Shown here piece by piece: positions 1 through 9,371 of a stretch of DNA of 64,000 nucleotides. The position numbers and the translations under genes are program-made. Within the stretch, counting starts at the first letter, position 1. Every line of letters starts with the position of its first letter. The notes under the pieces were generated by a model. The model ran no database searches. It had not been told where the DNA came from and was given only the letters and a program-made list of their open reading frames with translations. Source of the DNA: a virus; IMG/VR virus record IMGVR_UViG_3300030616_000250, positions 1-64,000 of that record. One strand, written 5' to 3'.

Positions 1-865
1 ACCTGATTCTAAAATGCCAAACTATGCTATTATGAAGGTATCGGCATATCATAAGGAACAAGGTGACACGGTGGAGTGGTATACTGATTTGTGGGCACAC
101 ACCTTTGATAAGGTCTACTGTTCAAAGATATTTAATTATACACCTATGCCAAATATGCTTAACGATAACTGTGTTTATGGTGGTAGTGGTTATAATTTAA
201 CAACAAAACTGCCAGAAAACATAGAGAATATCAAACCGGATTATACTATATATCCAAATTATATTCATGCGTTAGGGTTTCTAACAAGGGGCTGTATTCG
301 GAAATGTAATCACTGTATAGTACCGGAAAAAGAGGGAAAGATAAGACCATATAGAGACATTGGTGATGTCTTACAAGGTAGAAAAACAGCAGTATTGCTT
401 GATAATAATATTTTGGCTTGTGAATATGGAATAAAACAAATTGAGAAAATTATTAAATTAAAAATAAAAGTAGACTTTAACCAGGGGCTTGATTGCAGAT
501 TAATAGATGATTCTATTGCGCAGATACTTTCAAGGGTTAAATGGTTGGAACCGATAAGGCTGGCGTGTGATTCACTTAGTATGATAGACCCGCTGATTAA
601 AGCTACAAGGTTGTTGCGGTGGTATAATTGCAAACCGTCTAATTATTTTGTTTATGTGTTAGTTGATGACATAGACACAGCCATTGAAATATTGAAGGTT
701 GTAAAGGGACTGGGGCTTGACCCGTTTGCACAGCCATATAGGGATAGAGAGGGGAATGAACCTACAAAAGAACAGAAAGACTTGGCAAGGTGGGTAAATC
801 ACAAGGCTATATTTAAAAGCGTATTATGGGAAGATTATGGAAAAATCACAAAAACAGCAAGTTAG
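1..865 (+). CDS. Radical SAM domain protein (phage type); probably starts before the window
   Basis: CxxxCxxC motif (RGCIRKCNHC), DNN and DFNQGLD motifs; frame open from the window edge (PDSK-MPNY). Confidence 0.85.
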   Translation, partial: PDSKMPNYAIMKVSAYHKEQGDTVEWYTDLWAHTFDKVYCSKIFNYTPMPNMLNDNCVYGGSGYNLTTKLPENIENIKPDYTIYPNYIHALGFLTRGCIRKCNHCIVPEKEGKIRPYRDIGDVLQGRKTAVLLDNNILACEYGIKQIEKIIKLKIKVDFNQGLDCRLIDDSIAQILSRVKWLEPIRLACDSLSMIDPLIKATRLLRWYNCKPSNYFVYVLVDDIDTAIEILKVVKGLGLDPFAQPYRDREGNEPTKEQKDLARWVNHKAIFKSVLWEDYGKITKTAS

Positions 866-1241
866 AGAATGGCTCGAATCGGGTAAATCCCTTACACCTA
901 AAGAGGCATATCGTTATATTGGAAGCATGAGACTTGCCGCAATAATAGAAATCCTCAGAAACAAAGAGAATATGAACATAACAGATCTGAATAAAAACGG
1001 AAATGAAAAATATTCCAATTATAAATTAGTAAGTGGGCAAAAATTACCTACCCCTGAGAAGCCCATAGAAGCTGTTTTAATAGGGGGTAGTCCCGCAGCA
1101 CAAAAAAATCGAGAAAGTGCCGAGAAACGCCTTAGAAGTGCCTCTAAATCAAAAATAGGTGGTTGTGTGCAGGTGGATTTTCCTTGTCCGGTATGCGGAA
1201 GCTATTATAGGCGTGAAAATAAATGTAATATATGTAAATAA
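837..1241 (+). CDS. Helix-turn-helix protein (HTH_39-like) with C-terminal Zn ribbon
   Basis: SQKQQVREWLESGKSLTPKEAY..GSMRLAA pattern; CPVC..CNIC. Confidence 0.65.
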   Translation: MEKSQKQQVREWLESGKSLTPKEAYRYIGSMRLAAIIEILRNKENMNITDLNKNGNEKYSNYKLVSGQKLPTPEKPIEAVLIGGSPAAQKNRESAEKRLRSASKSKIGGCVQVDFPCPVCGSYYRRENKCNICK

Positions 1242-1273
1242 TATCTGAAAAATGCCATGATTTTTAGTATATT

Positions 1274-1397
1274 TATAATAGGTCTGGAACTTCCAATGAA
1301 TACAAACGTAAGGTTGGTCAACCCATTAAAAGAGTGTGGTTCTCTCCAGACCTCCACATTCTGCCTTACGCTTTTTATGGTCTGGAGGACAATCATG
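1274..1397 (+). promoter_or_regulatory. TATAAT box followed by a structured leader upstream of the HNH gene
   Basis: TATAAT 1274-1279; stems CGTAAGG/CCTTACG and GAGTGTGG/CCACATTC; loop CTCCAGACCT complementary to 1280-1288 and to the RBS region 1379-1387. Confidence 0.55.
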
Positions 1398-1937
1398 GCA
1401 ACACGAAGGGTTAGGTATGTTAAGTTTGGTAGTGTGGTTCTTGAACAGAAGAAATGTTTAGCGTGTGGTGAACTTGCATACGTTACAAACGACGGAAGGT
1501 CATCATGTTGTAATGCAGAAATGGAAGATGCTAATTTAACGGGTTTTAGAGTAGAGGCGCAAAGTGGGTATAAAAGAAAGCAGCCACGAAAAGCAGCAAA
1601 AAGGAAAATATTACAAAAGCAAAACTATCAATGCTATTGGTGTGAGAGGGATTTTGGTGCTATATATATACACGAAAGAAATAAAACATTAGTAAAATTA
1701 AAGCCAACGTGGGATCATTATATACCATTTGTTTTTACTGGAAATTCAACAGATGATGATTTTGTTGCTTCATGCCAAAAGTGCAATCAATATAAAAGCT
1801 CATTTATGCCATATTTAAGAGGTAAAACAAACGAAGAGATTGAATTTTATATACGGGCACACATAGATGAAAAGTGGATGAATAATAAATTAATTTTAGC
1901 AAAAAAAGCACCGGATGATAAAGCGTTGATATATTGA
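1395..1937 (+). CDS. HNH endonuclease with N-terminal Zn-binding motif
   Basis: CYWC...WDHYIP...VASCQKCNQYK; start moved to in-frame ATG 1395 behind GGAGG. Confidence 0.8.
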   Translation: MATRRVRYVKFGSVVLEQKKCLACGELAYVTNDGRSSCCNAEMEDANLTGFRVEAQSGYKRKQPRKAAKRKILQKQNYQCYWCERDFGAIYIHERNKTLVKLKPTWDHYIPFVFTGNSTDDDFVASCQKCNQYKSSFMPYLRGKTNEEIEFYIRAHIDEKWMNNKLILAKKAPDDKALIY

Positions 1938-2005
1938 AATCCAGATAGCAAGGGGTAATTAGACTTGACATATAAAGGAGATATACAAAGGCAAGGGGAT
2001 TAAGT

Positions 2006-2254
2006 GTGTTAAATGACAATATGGATATAAAAATAGAAAAAAATATTCCTATTCCCTGCTCGCACAGTGAAAGGCGAATATCGTATGCAAATATATTGCG
2101 AAAAATGGAAAAATACGATAGTATTGTTGTCAAAAACAACGCTGAAGCACAAGTTGTCAGAAATGTGGCTAGACGTATAAAAATGAAAATTGTTACTCGT
2201 AAATTATCTAATAGCCAGATCAGAATATGGTTATTAGATACAGGCAGCGGGTGA
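2006..2254 (+). CDS. Small hypothetical phage protein (IKIEKNIPIP family, possibly DNA-binding)
   Basis: IEKNIPIP...MEKYDSI...IRIW pattern common in small phage proteins. Confidence 0.55.
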   Translation: MLNDNMDIKIEKNIPIPCSHSERRISYANILRKMEKYDSIVVKNNAEAQVVRNVARRIKMKIVTRKLSNSQIRIWLLDTGSG

Positions 2255-2331
2255 TATGACTGGAGCAAGTCAGTAAAAAGCAGATGGTGTAACCATCACC
2301 ATATCACCCCTACCCATAAAGGAGATATACA

Positions 2332-2952
2332 ATGCAGAGAACAAAAATAGACTGGCCGGGGCTTGATTACACATGGAATCCTGTCATCGGTTGTAAGCGG
2401 AATTGCTCATATTGCTATGCCAAAAGGATGAACACGCGTTTTAAATGGATACCTGAATGGACAGACCCGCAGTATTTTCCAGAGAGATTAGACATTCCTT
2501 TAAAGGTTAAGAAGCCGAGCACATTCTTTGTAGGTTCGATCTCTGATATTTGTTTTTGGAAGCCTGAGTGGATGGAAGCTGTTTTAACTGTATGCGATGG
2601 GTGTCCGCAACATACCTTTATGTTTTTAACGAAAGACCCAGAAACATATTTTAAACATAAATTTCCTAAAAATAGTTGGCTTGGTTGCACCTGTGAATTT
2701 GTGTGGAAAAATGAAATAATGAAAAATTATGTTTCCTGTATGGTCATATTGAGCAAAAAACTTAAACACAGAACATATCTATCGCTTGAACCTTTATCCG
2801 CACGTGTAGGTGAAATACCAAAAGAAATAGAGTTAGTCATAGTCGGTGCCGATACCTCACCGGGAGCAAAACCACCTAAGCAGGAATGGATAGATTCTAT
2901 TAAACACCCGAACATACATTATAAAGAGAACATTTTGAAATATATGAGGTAA
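2332..2952 (+). CDS. DUF5131 (phage Gp37/Gp68) radical-SAM-like protein
   Basis: TKIDW..TWNPVIGCKRNCSYCYA, FVGSISD, LTK and SLEPL motifs; RBS AAGGAG. Confidence 0.9.
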   Translation: MQRTKIDWPGLDYTWNPVIGCKRNCSYCYAKRMNTRFKWIPEWTDPQYFPERLDIPLKVKKPSTFFVGSISDICFWKPEWMEAVLTVCDGCPQHTFMFLTKDPETYFKHKFPKNSWLGCTCEFVWKNEIMKNYVSCMVILSKKLKHRTYLSLEPLSARVGEIPKEIELVIVGADTSPGAKPPKQEWIDSIKHPNIHYKENILKYMR

Positions 2953-2964
2953 AGGAGATATACA

Positions 2965-3483
2965 ATGGGAGACGGAAAGAACGCATATTTTTCAAAATTA
3001 ATACCACTTATTTATAATAAAGAAAAAGATAAAACTTACTTTTCGATTATTGATAGTGAAGATTATGAAGAAATATCTAAATATCGATGGCACTTACATA
3101 AACAATTTAAATTCCAAAAATGTATAAGAATGTCTGCACACACAAGAATTAAAAATAAAACGATTTATATGCATAGGATGATATTAAAACCGCCATTTGA
3201 TAGATTGGTTGACCACAAGGATAGAAATGGATTAAATAATAAACGAAACAATATTAGAATATGTACATATGCACAAAATAGTCAAAATAGAAAAAAACCA
3301 AACAATAATACTACTGGCTACAAAGGACTTAGTTATGTTAGTAAAAAGTCTGGTTATAAAGTAGAGGTGGGCGGTAAAGATATAGGGTATTCAACAAATA
3401 AAATTGAAGCGGCAAAAATGTATGATAAAGCTGCGAAAGAATTGTTTGGAGAATTTGCACGATTAAATTTCCCAGAAGATTAA
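2965..3483 (+). CDS. HNH endonuclease with AP2 DNA-binding domain
   Basis: MHRMI..VDHKDRNGLNNKRNNIR; NTTGYKG...EAAKMYDKAAKELFGEFARLNF. Confidence 0.92.
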   Translation: MGDGKNAYFSKLIPLIYNKEKDKTYFSIIDSEDYEEISKYRWHLHKQFKFQKCIRMSAHTRIKNKTIYMHRMILKPPFDRLVDHKDRNGLNNKRNNIRICTYAQNSQNRKKPNNNTTGYKGLSYVSKKSGYKVEVGGKDIGYSTNKIEAAKMYDKAAKELFGEFARLNFPED

Positions 3484-3501
3484 AGTAAAGGATTAACTAA
3501 C

Positions 3502-3822
3502 ATGCCAAATGACATTAAATATAAATGGGTTAGGTTGCCGGAATATATGATAAGGGATGCTGAGGAAAAGGCAAAGATGGACAATTTAACGAAAGAAATA
3601 ATATTAGAAAGAGATTATTTTGGAAAAGAGGTTGAAACTGAAATTAAAGAAGAGGTCAAAGAGGCATTGAGAAAACAGTTATTACATGAGATAGAGGAAA
3701 TTGAGCCGGAGAAATTAAGAATAATAGAAAACTGGTGGAGACGGCGCACTAAAGAGATGGGCACTGAGATAGTTAAAAGCTGCCGGGACATACTCGCGGA
3801 GAGCGTAGACCATGACACGTAA
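3502..3822 (+). CDS. Hypothetical protein
   Basis: RBS AAGGA; coupled to neighbouring genes. Confidence 0.5.
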   Translation: MPNDIKYKWVRLPEYMIRDAEEKAKMDNLTKEIILERDYFGKEVETEIKEEVKEALRKQLLHEIEEIEPEKLRIIENWWRRRTKEMGTEIVKSCRDILAESVDHDT

Positions 3823-4175
3823 AACCGTAGACCTGCAAAAAGCACCGTGGCAGCTATTCCCTTTACTTGGTATCCGAATAATCTGGCCTGATGACATAGA
3901 CATGGAGGAGTTTTTGAGAGGTGACGAGTGTATTGTAGAAATAGAGGTGCCCGAATGTACCTCTGGATAGATATGCTATGGCTATGCACATTACTATTTG
4001 TGCTATTTTGCACTCACGGAGCCGCTTATCTCATAGGCTATCTGGTACGCAGGCACCGGACACGGGAAGAGGTGCAGCGGGATTGCAAGCATAAGAATAT
4101 ACAATACGTGGACGAAATCAATTGTTATATGTGCAGCGATTGTGGAGTTATTTTCAGAAACAGGAATGAAATATA

Positions 4176-4505
4176 ATGGAAGACTTTGAAATAAGGACAG
4201 AGAAAATAGCAAAGGCTATTCCCCAATATGCCAAAGCCAAAGCGCAGCGCATATACATCGAGCAATTCAGGAAAAGCAAGAAAGCTATCTTAATGAGAGA
4301 CTTTGAGGCATTGCAGCTTAAAACACAATCGGAAAGAGAACAGTATGCCTATGCTCACCCTGATTACATTGCGCTATTAGAAGGATTAAGAGACGCGGTA
4401 AGAGTAGAGGAAAAATGTAAATGGGCACTGGAGAAATTTAAAATAGAATTTGAATACTGGAGAACCACCCAGGCTAACGAGAGATATCTAAAGGACAGAG
4501 TATGA
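4176..4505 (+). CDS. Conserved phage coiled-coil protein (UvsY-like)
   Basis: AKAKAQRIYIEQFRKSKKAILM...EREQYAYAHPDY pattern. Confidence 0.6.
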   Translation: MEDFEIRTEKIAKAIPQYAKAKAQRIYIEQFRKSKKAILMRDFEALQLKTQSEREQYAYAHPDYIALLEGLRDAVRVEEKCKWALEKFKIEFEYWRTTQANERYLKDRV

Positions 4506-4870
4506 GAAAACAATCCCGTATAAAAAGAAAGCTACAGAGAATCCGTGACCACCGGGAAAAGCAGAAAAAGAAAGTAAATAAATGCTATGGGTGTGGAATA
4601 CCTGACGATCACCCCACACTCAAATGCAGTTGTCCTCATCATAAACCCTTAATAGGAGAAGACGGAGATGTTAACATTTAGACTATACCGTTATTCCATC
4701 AGAAACGGAAACAGAGACACGGACACACCCTCTGAGGTAGAGTGGAAAGCCCGCACTACTAAGGATGGACTGTACATTGAAACAGAATCGAATGTATACT
4801 TTTTCGATATCAAGAACAAGGAACAGGACAGGGAAGCTCAGGTGTTTTTGAATAAAATTGTGGGGGATTA

Positions 4871-5926
4871 ATGAAAACACTTGAAATTATATGTAATAAT
4901 AAAGACTGTGTCTATTGTCAAAAGAAAGACAAAGATCGAGGCCTTTCTGGTGGTAGAGCGATGTATTGTCATTATATTGCATATTCACATAGAGTTAATA
5001 AAGATGGCATTTGTGAAAAATATCTTTTAATTAAAAAATATATTAATAACTATGTTGAAAAGCATAAAGATTTGGCAAAAAAAGTAGCACAATATGGTAC
5101 ACTCCCAAATACTAAAACACCATTTAGACTTATGAAGAAAATAAATACATTAATAGATGACGACACTTTATATAGCTTGGCATTGATTGTGTTAGAAAGA
5201 ATAGCTCGTAAATCTATCAAGGCTCGAAAATTAAGGAGAATGTCGGATAATTATCTTTTTACAGAAATACAATGGGGCTTGTTAGGTGAAATAGGAAAAT
5301 TAAAAAAAGAAGAAACGGTATGTGAATATAACCCTGAATTGAATCAACATAACAAAGAAATTGTGTATCTACCAGAAATAGACGGGGGTTCAGTTTCCGG
5401 TAAAACAATTACTGTTAAAGTAAAAAGTTATAATGGTTATCCAGATGAAGATGTTATAATTAATAAAGAGTTTAAGCCACACTTTGACGAATATAAAGAT
5501 AAATGGAGAATAAACATTACAAACAATCGTTCCGGGATATGTAAAAGGGTGATAAGATATTCTTCTAATAAATATATTATGTTGAATAGGTATATACTTA
5601 GCTTAATTGGTGAAAATATTTATAAAGGTGAGCGTGTTAGATATAAAGACGGCAATAGCCTAAATTTATCATTAGATAATATGGAAATCGTATTAACTAA
5701 ACACAGATTTAATCACATAGTAAATCGTGGTAAAAATGGCAGAAAGAATCATTCAACCGGACATCCAAATATATATAAAAGAGAAAGTGGGCGGTTTCAA
5801 ACTTACAGTGGAAAGAAAAATGGTGAAGGGCATAGTGGTAATGGAAAATGTTTGGGAACATTTGATACCATTGAAGAAGCGTTAGAAGCACAAAGAAAAT
5901 ATAATAAATTAAACATAGCAGCATAA
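4871..5926 (+). CDS. Cys-rich N-terminal region fused to a degenerate HNH-AP2 module
   Basis: LNRYIL...VRYKDGNSLNLSLDNM (HNH-like, first His replaced); STGHPNIY...LGTFDTIEEALEA (AP2-like). Confidence 0.6.
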   Translation: MKTLEIICNNKDCVYCQKKDKDRGLSGGRAMYCHYIAYSHRVNKDGICEKYLLIKKYINNYVEKHKDLAKKVAQYGTLPNTKTPFRLMKKINTLIDDDTLYSLALIVLERIARKSIKARKLRRMSDNYLFTEIQWGLLGEIGKLKKEETVCEYNPELNQHNKEIVYLPEIDGGSVSGKTITVKVKSYNGYPDEDVIINKEFKPHFDEYKDKWRINITNNRSGICKRVIRYSSNKYIMLNRYILSLIGENIYKGERVRYKDGNSLNLSLDNMEIVLTKHRFNHIVNRGKNGRKNHSTGHPNIYKRESGRFQTYSGKKNGEGHSGNGKCLGTFDTIEEALEAQRKYNKLNIAA

Positions 5927-5932
5927 AATTAC

Positions 5933-6195
5933 TGCGGGAAGGCAAGGCATGGATAATAGAATTCGAGATGACTATTGTTTTATATATGCTAATTGTATGG
6001 AAAGCGTATTAAGGAGAATTAGAGGTAAACACAGAGCCCAACGCAAAGGACAATTTTTTTAATTAACAGGATTTATTAATTTTTTAACCGACGCTTTTAC
6101 AATATATATAAAACAATTAATTCTTGAATCCCACTATATTGCCTGGCAAGGGTGCATTCCTTGCAATGGGGGTTCGATTCCCCCTCCCGCTACCA
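5933..6195 (+). ncRNA. tRNA-like RNA with a ~190-nt insertion at the D-loop position
   Basis: GCGGGA 5934-5939 pairs with TCCCGC 6185-6190; T-arm GGGGG-TTCGATT-CCCCC 6168-6184; encoded ACCA 6192-6195; AGGCAA/TTGCCT stem; GCAAGG-GTGCATT-CCTTGC hairpin. Confidence 0.6.
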
Positions 6196-6202
6196 TAAAA
6201 CC

Positions 6203-6220
6203 GTAACCCGAAGGAGGGAA
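6203..6220 (+). repeat. GTAACCCG(T)AAGGAGGGA translation-initiation motif, copy 1 of 3
   Basis: Identical 18-mer at 40637-40654; variant with one inserted base at 45200-45217. Confidence 0.7.
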
Positions 6221-6425
6221 TTGTGGTAATAACAAAAGAGATTAGACCAGCGATTCGCAAAGATGAAAATATAATTATTATGATATGGAAGAAGTATGCG
6301 CCTTTGTGGGTATTTGAAATAATTCATAAACTAAGATGGAGAAAATGGAAGCGGCTAATGGGTGTTGAGTAAATTAATAAAAAATAATTATACCATTTAA
6401 CCCGTTTTTATGATATATTGATAGT

Positions 6426-6848
6426 ATGGCATACGATGTAGAAACATGGGCTAAAGCTAAAGCTGATTATGAATCAGGTAATTTTTCCGTTGAAAAACTT
6501 GGGAAAAAGTGGGGAATTTCTGATACTCAAATAGAAAACAAAATAGCTAAAGAAGGGTGGGTTAAAGGAAAAAACGCTCCACTTATACAACAATCTATTG
6601 CTGATAAGAACATAGAAGCTTTTGCAAAGGCAAATTGTACACATAAAGACATAGTAGATAAAATGGTCGCTGTTATATTAAGTGATGACGACAACAGGCT
6701 TAGGTTGTCTTATATTCAGGAATATAATAAAATGTGTGGCACTCTTGCACCATCCAAAAAAGAAGTAACCGGGGAAGGCGGCAAAGACCTTATTCCCAAT
6801 ATGACTAAAGAACAGCTATTGGAAAAGCTGAGAAATATTACAGGATGA
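6426..6848 (+). CDS. terS: Terminase small subunit
   Basis: N-terminal HTH (KADYESG..S..KLGKKWGIS), C-terminal KKEVTGEGGKDL; overlaps start of terL. Confidence 0.85.
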   Translation: MAYDVETWAKAKADYESGNFSVEKLGKKWGISDTQIENKIAKEGWVKGKNAPLIQQSIADKNIEAFAKANCTHKDIVDKMVAVILSDDDNRLRLSYIQEYNKMCGTLAPSKKEVTGEGGKDLIPNMTKEQLLEKLRNITG

Positions 6849-9037
6849 TAATAGAGACAGATGAATTAATAAAAACAAAGTCAAGAGAAGAAATAGCCGA
6901 ATATGTGATATATCGGCAATCATTAGACCGCGCAGAATGTGAAGAGTCTTATTTTCACTTCTTCAAACAAGCCTGGAAAGTTCTTGAGCCCGAAACTCCC
7001 CTTGTAGATAACTGGCATATTAAATATATTTGTGATATTCTTCAGGCAGAAGTAGAAAGAATAGCCCGCAACGAGAATAAAACTAAGGACATTATTATAA
7101 ATGTTCCTCCCCGATCCGCCAAGTCATATCTTGTCACAATAATGCTTACCCCGTGGATATGGACTAAATATCCGCATTTTAAGGTCATTAATAGCTCGTT
7201 TTCTATGGAACTATCTACCAAGCATTGCTTAGACTCACGCAGGCTTATTGAGTCTGAATGGTATAAAACGTATTGGGGTAGCAAGTTCAGTCTAACCACA
7301 GACATGAATACAAAGTCGTGGTATGAGAATAACAAGCGAGGTATGAGGAAGTCTACCTCTACAGGTGCTCAAATTACAGGAACCGGAGGAGACATAGTAA
7401 TCATAGATGACGCACAAGACCCCGAGAAAGCAGAATCAGAGGTTGAGCGTGAGACTGTTCAAAGGCATTACGGTAAAACGTTGTACTCAAGACTAAACAA
7501 CCAGAAGACAGGATTAAGAGTTATAATTCAACAGAGACTACACGAAGAGGACTTGACCGGACATTTATTAGCGAATGCACCGGAACAGTATAGGTTTATA
7601 TGTATTCCCGCTGAATTGCAGGAAAATGTATCACCACCAGAGCTTAGAGAGAGATATATTGATAACCTGTTCTTTCCCGATAGGTTTCCCAAAGAGATAT
7701 TAGAAACAGCCAAATTGCCTACTAATCTCGGTGCGTATGGTTATTCTGGTCAGATGTTACAAAGCCCTGCACCACCTGAAGGGGGGCTGTTTAAGCGCTA
7801 CTGGTGGAAGTTCTGGATACCAAAGGGAATGAAGGTTAACCCTGTGCGATTTAAAGATGAATCAGGTAAATATCGCGAGAGTACAATAGTTGAACTACCG
7901 GATAAGTTTGATAAAATAATAGATTCGTGGGATTTAGCCTTTGGTGGTGAGAAAGAAAACGATGATGTTGTAGGTGTTAAAATAGCCAAGAAAGGTGCTA
8001 ATAAGTATTTCCTTGAAGAAGAAATAGATAAAATGGACTATCCTGCTACACGGAAGAGTGTAAGAAAGCTATATCACTCTAATAAGGGAACGTCTAATAT
8101 TATCATAGAAAAGGCTGCCAATGGCCCCGCTATTAAAGCTGATTTGGATAATGAAATTCCCGGTATCATTACTATTCCAACCGGAAGACTATCAAAAGAA
8201 GACCGTGTTAAAATGTCAGACACCGTACCCTATACTGCTCAGTGTGAAGCTGGGAACTGTTATTTGCCACATCCAGAGGTTAAGCCCTGGGTAGATGGAT
8301 TTATTGAAGAACACGCCAACTTCCCCAAAGTATCACAGGATGGACAGGTAGATGCAGCTTCTCAGGGAGTTAATTATCTCACTACTGCAAAACATATCTG
8401 GTACAACTTTTCAAAAGATACAACCGTCCCGCTTGAAATCAAATGGAAAGAAGCGGGTAAGCGACCCACACTACACTTTGCCACTATGTATCAACACAAA
8501 GACCTCTCACTCTGGGTATTGCAAATGCTATGGGATGACGTGGCGGGAAAGCTATTCGTCTATCACAATTGGATGTATGAAAACCCTGTACCAACGGTAA
8601 TCGCAATGGAGATTATCAAGCGTATGAAGCTAAAGCAATTCAGGCATGAGCGAGTGATATGTAATGAGAGAATGTTTGCCAAAGAGGGACACATACAAAG
8701 CGTAGCTCAAGTCATGCGTAATGAAATAAGAAAGACTCAGGTGCGGGTTAACATATCGGAAGACATACGTTACGACCAGACAGGAGCGATATTTGCAGGG
8801 ACACAGATGTTCGCAAAGAATGAGATATACATAGACGAAAGCTGTTCTGAGCCTGCACGACAGTTCGCAGGATGGATTATTGACAAGGGCAAACCAAGCG
8901 AGGAAGACTGTGGCTATTGTATATGTCTGTGTATGGTAATATCAGAGCTAAAGAGACGGCGTTTACTTGAGAAAAAGAAGAAAGTGAGGGACTACAAAGA
9001 TGCGTACCCTAAAAAATATTGGGACGAGGAAAGATAA
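6845..9037 (+). CDS. terL: Terminase large subunit with long C-terminal extension
   Basis: INVPPRSAKS (Walker A-like), IIDD (Walker B), IQQRLHEEDL, nuclease SWDLAF/IEKAANG/DGQVDA. Confidence 0.95.
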   Translation: MIIETDELIKTKSREEIAEYVIYRQSLDRAECEESYFHFFKQAWKVLEPETPLVDNWHIKYICDILQAEVERIARNENKTKDIIINVPPRSAKSYLVTIMLTPWIWTKYPHFKVINSSFSMELSTKHCLDSRRLIESEWYKTYWGSKFSLTTDMNTKSWYENNKRGMRKSTSTGAQITGTGGDIVIIDDAQDPEKAESEVERETVQRHYGKTLYSRLNNQKTGLRVIIQQRLHEEDLTGHLLANAPEQYRFICIPAELQENVSPPELRERYIDNLFFPDRFPKEILETAKLPTNLGAYGYSGQMLQSPAPPEGGLFKRYWWKFWIPKGMKVNPVRFKDESGKYRESTIVELPDKFDKIIDSWDLAFGGEKENDDVVGVKIAKKGANKYFLEEEIDKMDYPATRKSVRKLYHSNKGTSNIIIEKAANGPAIKADLDNEIPGIITIPTGRLSKEDRVKMSDTVPYTAQCEAGNCYLPHPEVKPWVDGFIEEHANFPKVSQDGQVDAASQGVNYLTTAKHIWYNFSKDTTVPLEIKWKEAGKRPTLHFATMYQHKDLSLWVLQMLWDDVAGKLFVYHNWMYENPVPTVIAMEIIKRMKLKQFRHERVICNERMFAKEGHIQSVAQVMRNEIRKTQVRVNISEDIRYDQTGAIFAGTQMFAKNEIYIDESCSEPARQFAGWIIDKGKPSEEDCGYCICLCMVISELKRRRLLEKKKKVRDYKDAYPKKYWDEER

Positions 9038-9203
9038 AACACCTATAGACCTTATGGTAGAAGAAATGTCTTATAGGATTGTGCATGAAGACATGGGAAA
9101 GCTATTAAAGGCTATAGATGATATGGCAAATGTAAAACCTGAAACATATCGGGGACAATATAAGAAGCTACCAAACGCTATTTATTTGAAATTGTCAAAA
9201 TAA

Positions 9204-9371
9204 TTGTCATACTTTCTCTGGAATTTATTATATTTATATATAACAAGGAAATCTCTATGACCCGCTCTCAATTAATTATCTCAGGTGATTTATTTATATT
9301 ATACGGGGCAGCCGTTACACTTGTAGCGGTGGACGCTATCTTTGCGGGTCACGTCCCGCCCCTTTTATATT
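9204..9371 (+). promoter_or_regulatory. Candidate promoter and three-way-junction leader RNA downstream of terL
   Basis: TTGTCA 9204-9209 ... TATTAT 9226-9231; stems GGGGC/GCCCC, CCGTTAC/GTAGCGG, GGACG/CGTCC; loop GCGGGTCA complementary to 9258-9265. Confidence 0.45.

Noticed and set aside
1973-2967. AAGGAGATATACA matching the T7 gene 10/pET leader (vector contamination)
   Set aside because: Short, embedded in native gene junctions, and no other vector sequence is present.
5933-6195. tmRNA or a canonical tRNA gene
   Set aside because: No G3-U70 pair or GGGG 5' end, insert at the D-loop rather than the anticodon-arm position, non-canonical anticodon loop; kept only as tRNA-like.
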